The position numbers and the translations under genes were made by a program. A stretch of DNA of 64,000 bases from Amphiscolops sp. MND2022 (Eukaryota). This document shows, in pieces, positions 26,892-39,299 of the stretch (the first letter of the stretch is position 1; each line of letters starts with the position of its first letter). The stretch is from assembly GCA_964187785.1 (NCBI GenBank), contig OZ076411.1:8122001-8186000 (forward strand), given 5' to 3'. The notes under the pieces are model-generated. The model did no database searches and had not been told where the DNA came from. It saw only the letters and a program-made list of their open reading frames with translations.

Positions 26892-27210
26892 TTTCAAAAC
26901 AGGTTGGGTAGGAATGAAGAACTGAATTGAGATTGATTAGTTATGATCAGACTTGGTTTATGTATTTACAATTGCAATTGATGGTAGAAGTGGTTCAGCA
27001 TCGGGTTATATAGCATCGCGACAGGTACCTGTCAGTCAACAAAAATTGTGCGGTATCAAGAGTTGTCTGTTGTTTCGCACAAACAGGTACATCAATGTGC
27101 GGCATCAAAAGTTGTGTGAGCGATGTCATCTGGCAGGTACTTGAACCTTAGGGGTCGTGGCTCATCATTTGATCGTTCCCGCCTTGCGAGGCGGATGGCA
27201 AACCTTGATA
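26892..27210 (-). repeat. Copia 5' LTR (319 bp)
   Basis: Direct repeat; adjacent PBS and outer TSD. Confidence 0.92.
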
Positions 27211-27751
27211 CCTGTTCGACCTCGCTTAGCAAGATGGGAACAAAAGCGGCCCCAAGGGGCCGCGGGGCACTAGATGAATTGGGGAATTATCAGAGGTAAG
27301 TTTTATTCTTACGGCGGTTTGTTCAAAATTCGAACACAGTGATTCGAACTTGTTGCGGTTTTTGGAAAATTCGAACTTAGTCCATCCGAAATTAAAATTC
27401 GAACTTATGCGTTCGAACTTATTACCGTGCCCTCATTCGATCCCTGCAATTCGATCAAAAGGTTCGACCTCTGTCCTTTCGACCAGAAAAATTCGACATA
27501 TTTACAGCCACCCAATTTTTGAGAGGTAAAGATTATTTAGTTGCCAGAACATTGCAAGCGGAAAAACATTGAGTTTCAGCATAAGGGAACAATAACATGA
27601 GTGATAATATGCAGCTATCCATTTCAAGACGCTTTTTTGGAAAGATTCCAGTTTTTTATCGAAGCTCTGGAGAGAGAAATTGAGGGAGCTGCTAAAGTGA
27701 TTTTGGACAGTGGTAAGGATTTGAAAACGGCTAGATTTGCATCATAATTCA

Positions 27752-30700
27752 CAGGTTCACAGGTTCACAGGTTCACAGGTTCGTTTCTGATCTTCAGGCC
27801 ACAGCCTCAGTCGATCAGCTCTTTCATGTGAGTCCATTTCTCACAAGGAACTCGGTGTTGAACATTTCATGTTCCCAGTTTCTGTCTAAACTTCTTTTAA
27901 AAGCGTTTACGTTGTCACAGCGCACAACTGTTTCTGGCAATGAATTCCAATCCGCTACTGCAGCGACAGCAAAAAAAAATTTCTAATTGCTAGTCTCGGT
28001 TTCTTTGTCTTCAGCTGGTAAGGGTTACCTCTGGTCTCTCTTTCGTTCAATTCGAATAACCCTTCAGTCGCTTTCCTGTCGTAACATTCATTTACTATTT
28101 TGTATACCTCAATCATTCTACTGCGCCGTCTTCTGTACTCGAGAGTTGGAATATTCAATTCTTTTAACCTGTCTTCGTAGCTAAGATTACCAATGCCGGG
28201 TACGAGTCTGGTTGCTCGCCTCTGGACACTTTCTAACATCAATGTATGTTTCTTCAGATACGGTTTCCAGGACTGGTTGGCACACTCTAGATGAAGTCTA
28301 ATGAGAGTTTTGTACTGTGTTTTGAGGATTTCTGCATTAATATTCAGGAAGCACTTTTTAATGATCGCTAATATGCCATAAGCTGTTTTTGTTTTCTTTG
28401 AAATGTGTTCGTGAAAGGAAAATTTTGTATCGATTATAATTCCGAGGTCTTTCTCACTGTTAACCCTTGTCAAGGGTGTTGTACCATCCAGGGAATACGT
28501 TCTATTTGATGATGTTTTTAGACTCAGTGTGAGCTGGTGACATTTTGTCAGATTGAACTCGAGATCACCGCCATTTGACCACTTCTTCAACTTGTAAAGA
28601 TCCTTTTGTAGTTCTTCCTGTTCTGCTAGGTTGGTGATTGCTCTGTAAATTTTCGCGTCATCTGCGAAGTAGAACATTTTGGATGTTACGCCATTTGACA
28701 TGGAGTTGATGTAAAGAAGGAAAAGTATTGGTCCCAGGACTGACCATTGGGGCACTCCACTTGTCACTACTGCCCACTGTGAGTGGTTCTCGTTTACTAT
28801 GGTTCGCTGTTTCCTTCCCGGCAAAAAGGCAGTTATCCTATCAAAAGTTTTTCCTCGAAAGCCATAAAACTCAATGATTCTCAGTAGGCGTTTGTGGGGG
28901 ACGCTGTCAAAAGCCTTCTGGAAATCGATAAAGATAATATCGACTTCATTGCCGGAGTCCAATTCTGCTGTCCAATCTTCAAGTGCCCTGAGCAACTGTA
29001 AGGTTGTCGAGCGTCCGGGGACAAAGCCAAGCTGCTGGTCCGAGATGATATGGTTCTGAACTAGGAAATTGATGATGTGCCTTTTGATTATCCTCTCCAA
29101 AATTTTGCAGCAGATTGCTGTTAGACTAATGGGTCTGTAGTTGTTAGGATGGTTTTTCGAACCTTTCTTGTGAATGGCAGAAAAATTGGCAAGTTTCCAG
29201 TCTCGGGGAAGTTCTCCAGACTGCCAAGATTCCGTGAGAACTCTGGTCAATATGGGAGTTATCTGCTGGCGTGTCTCGTGTAATACTCGAGGATTCAGGT
29301 TGTCTGGCCCCATTGATTTGGTAATGTTCAGTGACTCCATTTCTTTTAGAATTATCTCCTCAGTGATCACGAGATCATCTGAGATCTGAGTTGGTCGCCA
29401 ATCAACTGGATTCCAGTCCCCATGTGATTCTTTAGTGAAGACGGAGCTGAAAAATCCGGAAAGAGCCTCTGCTTTATCAGTGTCTGTCATTGCACAAGTT
29501 CCGTCTTTAAGATTGACGGTAGGTATTGTTTCAGTTAGTTTCAGTTTACTATTTACATGGTTCCAGAAAACCTTCGGGTTAGACTTGACTTCGCTAGCGT
29601 TTGCTTTTTCATGCTTCAAAGCATTGGTCCTTGTGATCTTTCTGACTTTATTCCTCATTTTACAGTAGTTTTCGTAGGCGTATTGTGTTCGATCTTTACA
29701 AAAGATTTTGTAGCTTTTCTCTTTCTCTAGGATTGTTTGGAAAATTTCACCTGAAATTGGTGTTCGGTTGTGTCTGTTTTGTTGAATTTTCATTTTTGGT
29801 ACATGGTTCTCTGAGGAGTCATTCATCATATCTTTGAAACAATTCCAGTTGTCTTCTAATGGTTTGGATTCGTCGTATTTAATATCTCGAATTGATTTGC
29901 ACAATTCAGAATTGTTTCCTTTTGAGTAGTTGAGTCGAACTTTGGCTCGACATTTGGTCCAGACGTTGAATTTAACTTTGAGTAAGCTGTGATCGCCTTT
30001 GCCTAGAGGTGGTGTGTACTCAACGTTTGGTTCTAGGGATTTATCGGTGAGTGAAAGATCTAATAATGATGGTTCGCGGTTTCCTCTTGCCCACGTTGGC
30101 CTGTCGATATGTTGTTTCAGGAATGAGTCCTTGATTGCCTCCAGGAACTGAGGTTCTTTGCTGTTTTCATCATGGTTCGTAGTGCAGTTGTCCCAGTCAA
30201 TGTCACGAAAATTCGTGTCACCACAAACAATGTGTTTCTTTCTGTTTCCGCCAATTGCTCTCAAAATTTTGATTAGCTTGACGTTGTTCTCATAGGGTGA
30301 CGAAGGGCTTCTAAATATGGATACAAAAATAATGTTATCTTTCGGCAGGAAAATTTCGTAGGCTTGAATCTCATCGAAACCGAATTCATGAGTCACTTCC
30401 TTGGTTTCAATGTCACCGCGTATAGTAGCATTCCCCTTCCTTTATCTTCTGGGTCCATATTTTTGTCTTTCTTGTGAATGGCAGAAAAATTGGCAAGTTT
30501 CCAGTCTCGGGGAAGTTCTCCAGACTGCCAAGATTCCGTGAGAACTCTGGTCAATATGGGAGTTATCTGCTGGCGTGTCTCGTGTAATACTCGAGGATTC
30601 AGGTTGTCTGGCCCCATTGATTTGGTAATGTTCAGTGACTCCATTTCTTTTAGAATTATCTCCTCAGTGATCACGAGATCATCTGAGATCTGAGTTGGTC

Positions 30701-33700
30701 GCCAATCAACTGGATTCTAGTCCCCATGTGATTCTTTAGTGAAGACGGAGCTGAAAAATCCGGAAAGAGCCTCTGCTTTATCAGTGTCTGTCATTGCACA
30801 AGTTCCGTCTTTAAGATTGACGGTAGGTATTGTTTCAGTTAGTTTCAGTTTACTATTTACATGGTTCCAGAAAACCTTCGGGTTAGACTTGACTTCGCTA
30901 GCGTTTGCTTTTTCATGCTTCAAAGCATTGGTCCTTGTGATCTTTCTGACTTTATTCCTCATTTTACAGTAGTTTTCGTAGGCGTATTGTGTTCGATCTT
31001 TACAAAAGATTTTGTAGCTTTTCTCTTTCTCTAGGATTGTTTGGAAAATTTCACCTGAAATTGGTGTTCGGTTGTGTCTGTTTTGTTGAATTTTCATTTT
31101 TGGTACATGGTTCTCTGAGGAGTCATTCATCATATCTTTGAAACAATTCCAGTTGTCTTCTAATGGTTTGGATTCGTCGTATTTAATATCTCGAATTGAT
31201 TTGCACAATTCAGAATTGTTTCCTTTTGAGTAGTTGAGTCGAACTTTGGCTCGACATTTGGTCCAGACGTTGAATTTAACTTTGAGTAAGCTGTGATCGC
31301 CTTTGCCTAGAGGTGGTGTGTACTCAACGTTTGGTTCTAGGGATTTATCGGTGAGTGAAAGATCTAATAATGATGGTTCGCGGTTTCCTCTTGCCCACGT
31401 TGGCCTGTCGATATGTTGTTTCAGGAATGAGTCCTTGATTGCCTCCAGGAACTGAGGTTCTTTGCTGTTTTCATCATGGTTCGTAGTGCAGTTGTCCCAG
31501 TCAATGTCACGAAAATTCGTGTCACCACAAACAATGTGTTTCTTTCTGTTTCCGCCAATTGCTCTCAAAATTTTGATTAGCTTGACGTTGTTCTCATAGG
31601 GTGACGAAGGGCTTCTAAATATGGATACAAAAATAATGTTATCTTTCGGCAGGAAAATTTCGTAGGCTTGAATCTCATCGAAACCGAATTCATGAGTCAC
31701 TTCCTTGGTTTCAATGTCACCGCGTATGTATAGTAGCATTCCCCTTCCTTTATCTTCTGGGTCCATATTTTTGTCTTTCTTGTGAATGGCAGAAAAATTG
31801 GCAAGTTTCCAGTCTCGGGGAAGTTCTCCAGACTGCCAAGATTCCGTGAGAACTCTGGTCAATATGGGAGTTATCTGCTGGCGTGTCTCGTGTAATACTC
31901 GAGGATTCAGGTTGTCTGGCCCCATTGATTTGGTAATGTTCAGTGACTCCATTTCTTTTAGAATTATCTCCTCAGTGATCACGAGATCATCTGAGATCTG
32001 AGTTGGTCGCCAATCAACTGGATTCCAGTCCCCATGTGATTCTTTAGTGAAGACGGAGCTGAAAAATCCGGAAAGAGCCTCTGCTTTATCAGTGTCTGTC
32101 ATTGCACAAGTTCCGTCTTTAAGATTGACGGTAGGTATTGTTTCAGTTAGTTTCAGTTTACTATTTACATGGTTCCAGAAAACCTTCGGGTTAGACTTGA
32201 CTTCGCTAGCGTTTGCTTTTTCATGCTTCAAAGCATTGGTCCTTGTGATCTTTCTGACTTTATTCCTCATTTTACAGTAGTTTTCGTAGGCGTATTGTGT
32301 TCGATCTTTACAAAAGATTTTGTAGCTTTTCTCTTTCTCTAGGATTGTTTGGAAAATTTCACCTGAAATTGGTGTTCGGTTGTGTCTGTTTTGTTGAATT
32401 TTCATTTTTGGTACATGGTTCTCTGAGGAGTCATTCATCATATCTTTGAAACAATTCCAGTTGTCTTCTAATGGTTTGGATTGGTCGTATTTAATATCTC
32501 GAATTGATTTGCACAATTCAGAATTGTTTCCTTTTGAGTAGTTGAGTCGAACTTTGGCTCGACATTTGGTCCAGACGTTGAATTTAACTTTGAGTAAGCT
32601 GTGATCGCCTTTGCCTAGAGGTGGTGTGTACTCAACGTTTGGTTCTAGGGATTTATCGGTGAGTGAAAGATCTAATAATGATGGTTCGCGGTTTCCTCTT
32701 GCCCACGTTGGCCTGTCGATATGTTGTTTCAGGAATGAGTCCTTGATTGCCTCCAGGAACTGAGGTTCTTTGCTGTTTTCATCATGGTTCGTAGTGCAGT
32801 TGTCCCAGTCAATGTCACGAAAATTCGTGTCACCACAAACAATGTGTTTCTTTCTGTTTCCGCCAATTGCTCTCAAAATTTTGATTAGCTTGACGTTGTT
32901 CTCATAGGGTGACGAAGGGCTTCTAAATATGGATACAAAAATAATGTTATCTTTCGGCAGGAAAATTTCGTAGGCTTGAATCTCATCGAAACCGAATTCA
33001 TGAGTCACTTCCTTGGTTTCAATGTCACCGCGTATGTATAGTAGCATTCCCCTTCCTTTATCTTCTGGGTCCATATTTTTGTCTTTCTTGTGAATGGCAG
33101 AAAAATTGGCAAGTTTCCAGTCTCGGGGAAGTTCTCCAGACTGCCAAGATTCCGTGAGAACTCTGGTCAATATGGGAGTTATCTGCTGGCGTGTCTCGTG
33201 TAATACTCGAGGATTCAGGTTGTCTGGCCCCATTGATTTGGTAATGTTCAGTGACTCCATTTCTTTTAGAATTATCTCCTCAGTGATCACGAGATCATCT
33301 GAGATCTGAGTTGGTCGCCAATCAACTGGATTCCAGTCCCCATGTGATTCTTTAGTGAAGACGGAGCTGAAAAATCCGGAAAGAGCCTCTGCTTTATCAG
33401 TGTCTGTCATTGCACAAGTTCCGTCTTTAAGATTGACGGTAGGTATTGTTTCAGTTAGTTTCAGTTTACTATTTACATGGTTCCAGAAAACCTTCGGGTT
33501 AGACTTGACTTCGCTAGCGTTTGCTTTTTCATGCTTCAAAGCATTGGTCCTTGTGATCTTTCTGACTTTATTCCTCATTTTACAGTAGTTTTCGTAGGCG
33601 TATTGTGTTCGATCTTTACAAAAGATTTTGTAGCTTTTCTCTTTCTCTAGGATTGTTTGGAAAATTTCACCTGAAATTGGTGTTCGGTTGTGTCTGTTTT

Positions 33701-34586
33701 GTTGAATTTTCATTTTTGGTACATGGTTCTCTGAGGAGTCATTCATCATATCTTTGAAACAATTCCAGTTGTCTTGTAATGGTTTGGATTGGTCGTATTT
33801 AATATCTCGAATTGATTTGCACAATTCAGAATTGTTTCCTTTTGAGTAGTTGAGTCGAACTTTGGCTCGACATTTGGTCCAGACGTTGAATTTAACTTTG
33901 AGTAAGCTGTGATCGCCTTTGCCTAGAGGTGGTGTGTACTCAACGTTTGGTTCTAGGGATTTATCGGTGAGTGAAAGATCTAAAAATGATGGTTCGCGGT
34001 TTCCTCTTGCCCACGTTGGCCTGTCGATATGTTGTTTCAGGAATGAGTCCTTGATTGCCTCTAGGAACTGAGGTTCTTTGCTGTTTTCATCATGGTTCGT
34101 AGTGCAGTTGTCCCAGTCAATGTCACGAAAATTCGTGTCACCACAAACAATGTGTTTCTTTCTGTTTCCGCCAATTGCTCTCAAAATTTTGATTAGCTTG
34201 ACGTTGTTCTCATAGGGTGACGAAGGGCTTCTAAATATGGATACAAAAATAATGTTATCTTTCGGCAGGAAAATTTCGTAGGCTTGAATCTCATCGAAAC
34301 CGAATTCATGAGTCACTTCCTTGGTTTCACTGTCACCGCGTATGTATAGTAGCATTCCCCTTCCTTTATCTTCTGGGTCCATATTTTTGTCTTTCAGCTT
34401 GTTGCAGTCAAGTTTAAACCAAATCGGATTCAATTTCAGAATTACAATCATCGGTTTGGCTTCAGTTATAGCTATAATGTGTGGTAAAACGGAGGCTTGT
34501 TGTAGGAGAGTTTTTAGTTCTAAAATTTGTTCAGTTGTCAGGACATCTACATTCCCGAACCAGACGTTGAGTCGATAACACAGTCG
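27752..34586 (-). mobile_element. 5'-truncated CR1-type LINE (APE endonuclease + RT) with a 4x internal 1308-bp tandem repeat
   Basis: APE motifs (AITE, IFRSP, CGDTNF, LDLSLT, GDH), RT (YRPISLT, DFQKAFD, FADDAK), and an (ACAGGTTC)x4 tail at 27751-27782. TSD ATAATTCA at 27744-27751 and 34587-34594; the empty site is seen at about 36325-36335. Confidence 0.93.
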
Positions 34587-34756
34587 ATAATTCAAGTCGA
34601 TAACATTTCGGCGAACACTGTAGAAAGTATTATTTGCTTGCTTAATTCTCTCATCTATTTGGGACAAAGTTCAAATCCGGAGAAATAAGTATTGCCATAT
34701 CTTTAAAAACTTCTGACGGGATGAAATGTTGATTGTTCAGGGGAAAATTCTGTCCA

Positions 34757-36481
34757 CTGAGCATTGATCGTGACAAGAAATAACTTTCGATGATGACATC
34801 TGGAAAACAAAACTTCTTAGAAAAAGCTTCCCAACTGGATAAAATTTTCAACCGGAAAATTTCATTGGATAGAAATCCACCGGCAATCCCAGGCGAAGTG
34901 TACGCAATCACTGAATTTCGAGGAACAAATTTGAAAGATGACAAAACGACAAAATGCATTTTGTTTTCAGCGTTTAGAAACTCGATTGTTTCCTTCAGCA
35001 GCAAAAAACCACTCCCATTCCTGTGTCCGACCACCATTCGTTGGAGTGAAAACAAAACGAAGCGTGGATCGCAGATTACAAGCAAAGTATCAGTGAAACA
35101 TATTTTTAGAAAATATTCAACGCCAGAAACAAACAATTTACACAAAGAAAGTGATAACTCGCGAAAACTCTCCGATGGCAGGTAACGAAAAAGACACTAA
35201 CGAAGAAGGTATAAACTTCTTTTGATTGAGAACATTCAAGATCACCTGCTCCTAGAAAAACAGGCCTGAAAAAATCTAGGTAACAAAGCCTGATTGATCG
35301 CACAAAGATTAATAAAAAGATTTATCGCAGAAAGAATAATAGCAATCATAATAAAATATACGTTAAAACGAAAAAAATTATAGAACCACAAAAATAAGTT
35401 TCTATGTTGTTGTTTTCTGGATTCCCATTTCTGATTCAATAAACACTTATTCAGGTGTTGCGGCAGTTTTGGCAGTCGGACGCGATTGTCCAAGAGCAAA
35501 TCAAACTTTCATTGTAGAAATTTCTTATGTAGCTCCACATAGTCTAACAGCCGATTTTTGGGACCATCTGAATTAAAGAAGTCCACATAGTGGGGTATAT
35601 GATTTACAACTCTGCAAGTCCTGAAATAAAATTCAGAGCGAGCCCGTTCTGTTCGCAAGGTGGAAAGCTTGAAACTTGTGTGTCTGCGATTGTTTTTCAG
35701 TTTCATAAAGCTTTCTTTCGATTGTATTTTGGTGCCAAATTTTTGAGGGTGGTAGGTTGAAGGAACGGGATCGAAAATCAGAGTTAGTCCTCAGGTCGAC
35801 ATACCAAATTTTTGAATGGGATCGAAACAACTCGCTTCGAAATTTTTATAACGTAGTCAGATGTGTTCACATACTCCTAGTCACCTAGTGCCCTGAATGC
35901 AGGAGCAAAACAAAGCGGAGCGACGTACCATATGGCTATGCCTCAATGTTGCTACTTGGCGAAGGGAGCGAAGCGACCGAGCCATACAACAAATACGATA
36001 AAATTCGACCGCATTCCATTCGATCCTTGCAATTCGATCAAAAGGTTCCACCTCTGACCTTTCGACCAGAAAAATTCGACCTATTTACAGCCACGCAATT
36101 TTTGAGAGGTAAAGATTATTTAGTTGCCAGAACATTGCCAGCGGTAAAACATTGAGTTTCAGCATAAGGTAACAATAACACGAGTGACAATATGCAGCTA
36201 TCCATTTCAAGACGCGTTTTTGGAAAGATTCCAGTTTTTTCATCGAAGCTCTGGAGAGAGAAATTGAGGGAGCTGCTAAAGTGATTTTGGGCAGTGATAA
36301 GGATTTGAAAACGGCTGGATTTGCATCATTATTCAAGTCGATAACATTTCGGCGAACACTGTAGAAAGTATTATTTGCTTGCTTAAATCTCTCATCTATA
36401 TGGGACAAAGTTCAAATCCGGAGAAATAAGTATTCCCACAACTTCTGACGGGATGAAACTTTGATTGTTCAGGGGAAAATT
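34757..36481. repeat. Second, uninterrupted copy of the A+B duplicated segment
   Basis: 34757-36024 matches 10970-12214; 36017-36481 matches 27434-27751 joined to 34587-34751. Confidence 0.9.
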
Positions 36482-37400
36482 CTCTTTAGTGCCTCGCATT
36501 TGCAAGACCAAGCTTTTATCCTCGGCCAGGCGCATTTTGTCAACATTGATCCAGTTTCGCAAAGCTGCAAGGTCTGAGATGTTTTCGGTTGACTGCTGAA
36601 TTGCTAGAAACTTTAGATCAGCATAAAGAAACTACGCAGGTGTTTGATTTCTTGAGGTAAGCCATTGTTGAATATACAAAACAGCAGGGGCCCCATAATT
36701 GAACCCTGTGGTACTCCACTTGTAACGGCGAGACAATTAAACTGTGTGTTTCCTGATGTCACATATTGTGATCTTTCCATCACATAATCCTTCAATAAGT
36801 GAAAAAGACATCCACCGATTCCATTTCCACTAAATTTGAATAATAACTGAGGATGCAGACAAGTATCGAATGCTTTCGAGAAGTCGCTATGAAAAGATAT
36901 TACATTAGCTAGTGGATTGTCATCGAGACCATCATGGATTTCGCTCAAGTAGGCTAGTTTATTTGTTACAACCGATCTGTTTTTTTTACAAAACCATGTT
37001 GCTCTTTGGTAACGGCTTCATCAAAGAGATTGTAAACATGTACATGCATCTCTCGAAGACTTTGCTGACCTTGTTGAGAAGTGTAGTCGACCTATAATTG
37101 GAGACAACGGTTTTATCACCTTTTTTATGTATTGGAGAAATTTGACCAGTTTTACATTTTTTGGCAATTTTCTCAAACGCTTAACGTTTTTGAAAAACAA
37201 ATTCAGAATGACGCTCAGCGGAGCCACGAATTGCTTGAAAAAGACTGGATGAATTCCATCCGGGCCCCTTGTTTTGGAGGAGATATCCAAATTTTCCAGG
37301 ATTGCTTTCAATTTCGTCACTGAAAGACTGGATTTTGTAAATTTCCGGTAGAACATACACCATTGATGTTTTGATTTCCTGGAGAATATACTGATTGGAA
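35500..37400 (-). mobile_element. Old degraded CR1-like LINE (RT fragments)
   Basis: SDFSKAFD, SGVPQGSIMGPLLF, KTRGPDGI, LESFQKRVLKWI across broken frames. Confidence 0.8.
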
Positions 37401-39299
37401 ATAGTCGTTCAGCAGATTGACAATTTTTGTGGGGTGTTTGCAGAAATCTCGTCGAAGTACATAGTTTTGTGTGGGTGACCTGAAACAGGTCGAAAAAAAA
37501 CAGTCGAAAACGATCGACAAAACTGCGGTCAAAGGAATCTGATCGAAGTCATCCAATCAAAAATTTTTGATCGATAAAGCGGAAAAATATGCAACCAATC
37601 GAAACCAAATTTGATGAAATCCGATCGAAAAAAGTTAAAATCTCGAAAAAACGAAATTTAATTATTAAACTTTAAATTTTGATATGCCCCCATTTCCTCT
37701 AGTCGTCCGCGGCCCCTTGGGGCCGCTTATGTTTCCTTCTCGCTACGCGAGGTCTAACAGGAGCAAAGACCTACATTAGAGTGCACAGGCAAGCCTTATT
37801 TGCTCAAAGCGCAACATAGTGCTTTCAATATCTCGGATTCCACGACCATACCTTTAACCGTGCAAAATTGGCAAATTACGTCATTTGTCCCGGATTCCAC
37901 AGATTTAGTCGTGGATTCCAGTAACAAATACTTAGCTGTACGAACTGTTGGCATGCAGCGGTGTCCCGGATTCCAAAATCATCACAATCTGCCATTATTT
38001 GATGACCTGCTTTAATTTTGGTACCAGTCACGAGTACCTCTATTCGTACTTTGGGATTTTTCGTGTCAATCAAAACAATTTCCTTTGATATAAAATTGAT
38101 TTAATTCAAGTTCTTTTGCTTTTCTAATAATGATCATGCAAAATGAATATTATATTACACAAATATTCGTATTTTTCAGTTTAGTACCAGTTTTGAAGAA
38201 ACTGCCAGATCATCAAAATCTGCCACTTTTTAATGACATGCTTCAATTTTGGTACCAGTCTCGAGTATCTCATTTCGTACTTTGGTATTTTTCGTGTCAA
38301 TCAAAACAATTTCCTTCGATATAAAATTGAATTATATTAAATTTTTCTACATTTCCAAAAATTTTTACTCAAAATCAGCGGACCAATTAGAGAGCAGCGG
38401 CAAAAGTGTCATTATAGCAGCAGTGTTGGCGTGGAATCCAGGAGAAGCACTGTCGTGGAATCCAAGACACGCTCAACATCAACGGTAAATTTTGTCCTGG
38501 ATTCCACGACTTTTCTCAACTTTCGTGTCCCGGATTCCACGAAAACAGCAAAATAGCTTGCCTGTGCACTGTATTGTAGCGGAAACGGAGATCGGAAGCA
38601 ATCGTAGTGGGAGCTGGTCTTTGCGACGGTGAGGGCGAGCGTGCCTACACCGTATATGACCCCATATAAGGTGAGGAGAAGTGCCTGCAATTTCTATTGC
38701 TTCACGAGTAAAATGGAAGTTCGACCTGATTCATTCGATCCGAGTTCTAGTGTTTTCAATTTGACCTCAGTATTTTTCGACCTTTGGGTAAGGCAGGGAT
38801 GATTCTGAGACGCTTAAGATGTTCGCTTATGAGGTCAGCATTTCGCGAACTCATTAGTTTGTTTTGATAATTAAGTGTGTCAGTAGAGAGATCCAGGCAT
38901 AGTTATTCAACAAACTGAAACAAACAGAATAGGGAGATTGGGACTTAGTGTCTTTGAATGTACTCGTACAGTTGGGTTACGACCGGATGTGTAAGTGTCT
39001 CGGGTAAGTTGTATTCTGATAGTTCCAAGCGACAGCGAATCAAGTTGTCATTTTTTACTCTAGACGAGTTGGGTCCAAACATGAAAGAGAGCGCTTTTTG
39101 GTCGGTGCGAACTTAACCGTGACGTACGTTGCAACTCCGAGAAACGGCGAAAACCTTCCGAGGTTACGCAAAGAATTCAAGAAGACGTTTCAACTGGGAC
39201 GAGTTTTCGGGGATAGGATAATCATTCAGAGTCTTGTTTCAGCTCGGATCAAGGCGTTTAGATCCAGACGATCTAACCCACGATCTGACCCAGCAATGG

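Larger units (their letters stand above)
13358..27210 (-). mobile_element. Ty1/Copia LTR retrotransposon tandem array (LTR-int-LTR-int-LTR), inactive
   Basis: Gag with CCHC knuckles, protease LLIDSGC, integrase (HWHRVMGH, HTDVFGP, SDGALEF, PEENGKIER), RT (YKARFVARG, WVDD) and RNase H in copia order. Three ~320-bp LTRs; TSD CCTGT at 13353-13357 and 27211-27215. Confidence 0.97.
13255..27273 (+). mobile_element. Short Helitron-like non-autonomous element split by the Copia insertion; related copy on the minus strand at about 37699-38665
   Basis: 13255-13342 matches rev-comp of about 38580-38665, and 27211-27273 matches rev-comp of 37699-37760. Both end in hairpin GCGGCCCC-AA-GGGGCCGC followed 6 nt later by CTAG. 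Confidence 0.5.
12215..27433. mobile_element. Non-autonomous DNA transposon (hAT/P-like, 8-bp TSD) carrying nested insertions; own arms about 12215-12400 and 27274-27433
   Basis: TSD CATTCGAT at 12207-12214 and 27434-27441, with a single copy at the empty paralogous site 36017-36024. Imperfect TIRs (ggcttcgggcaataagttcga vs rev-comp agggcacggtaataagttcga) and subterminal (AAG)TTCGAA repeats. Confidence 0.75.

Noticed and set aside
13393-27144. Many short plus-strand ORFs over Copia, LINE and YR regions
   Set aside because: Antisense shadows of repeated coding sequence; they recur only because the DNA is duplicated.
30717-34667. 1316-aa ORF as a novel multidomain host protein
   Set aside because: It is tandemly repeated LINE ORF2 inside a TSD-bounded insertion.
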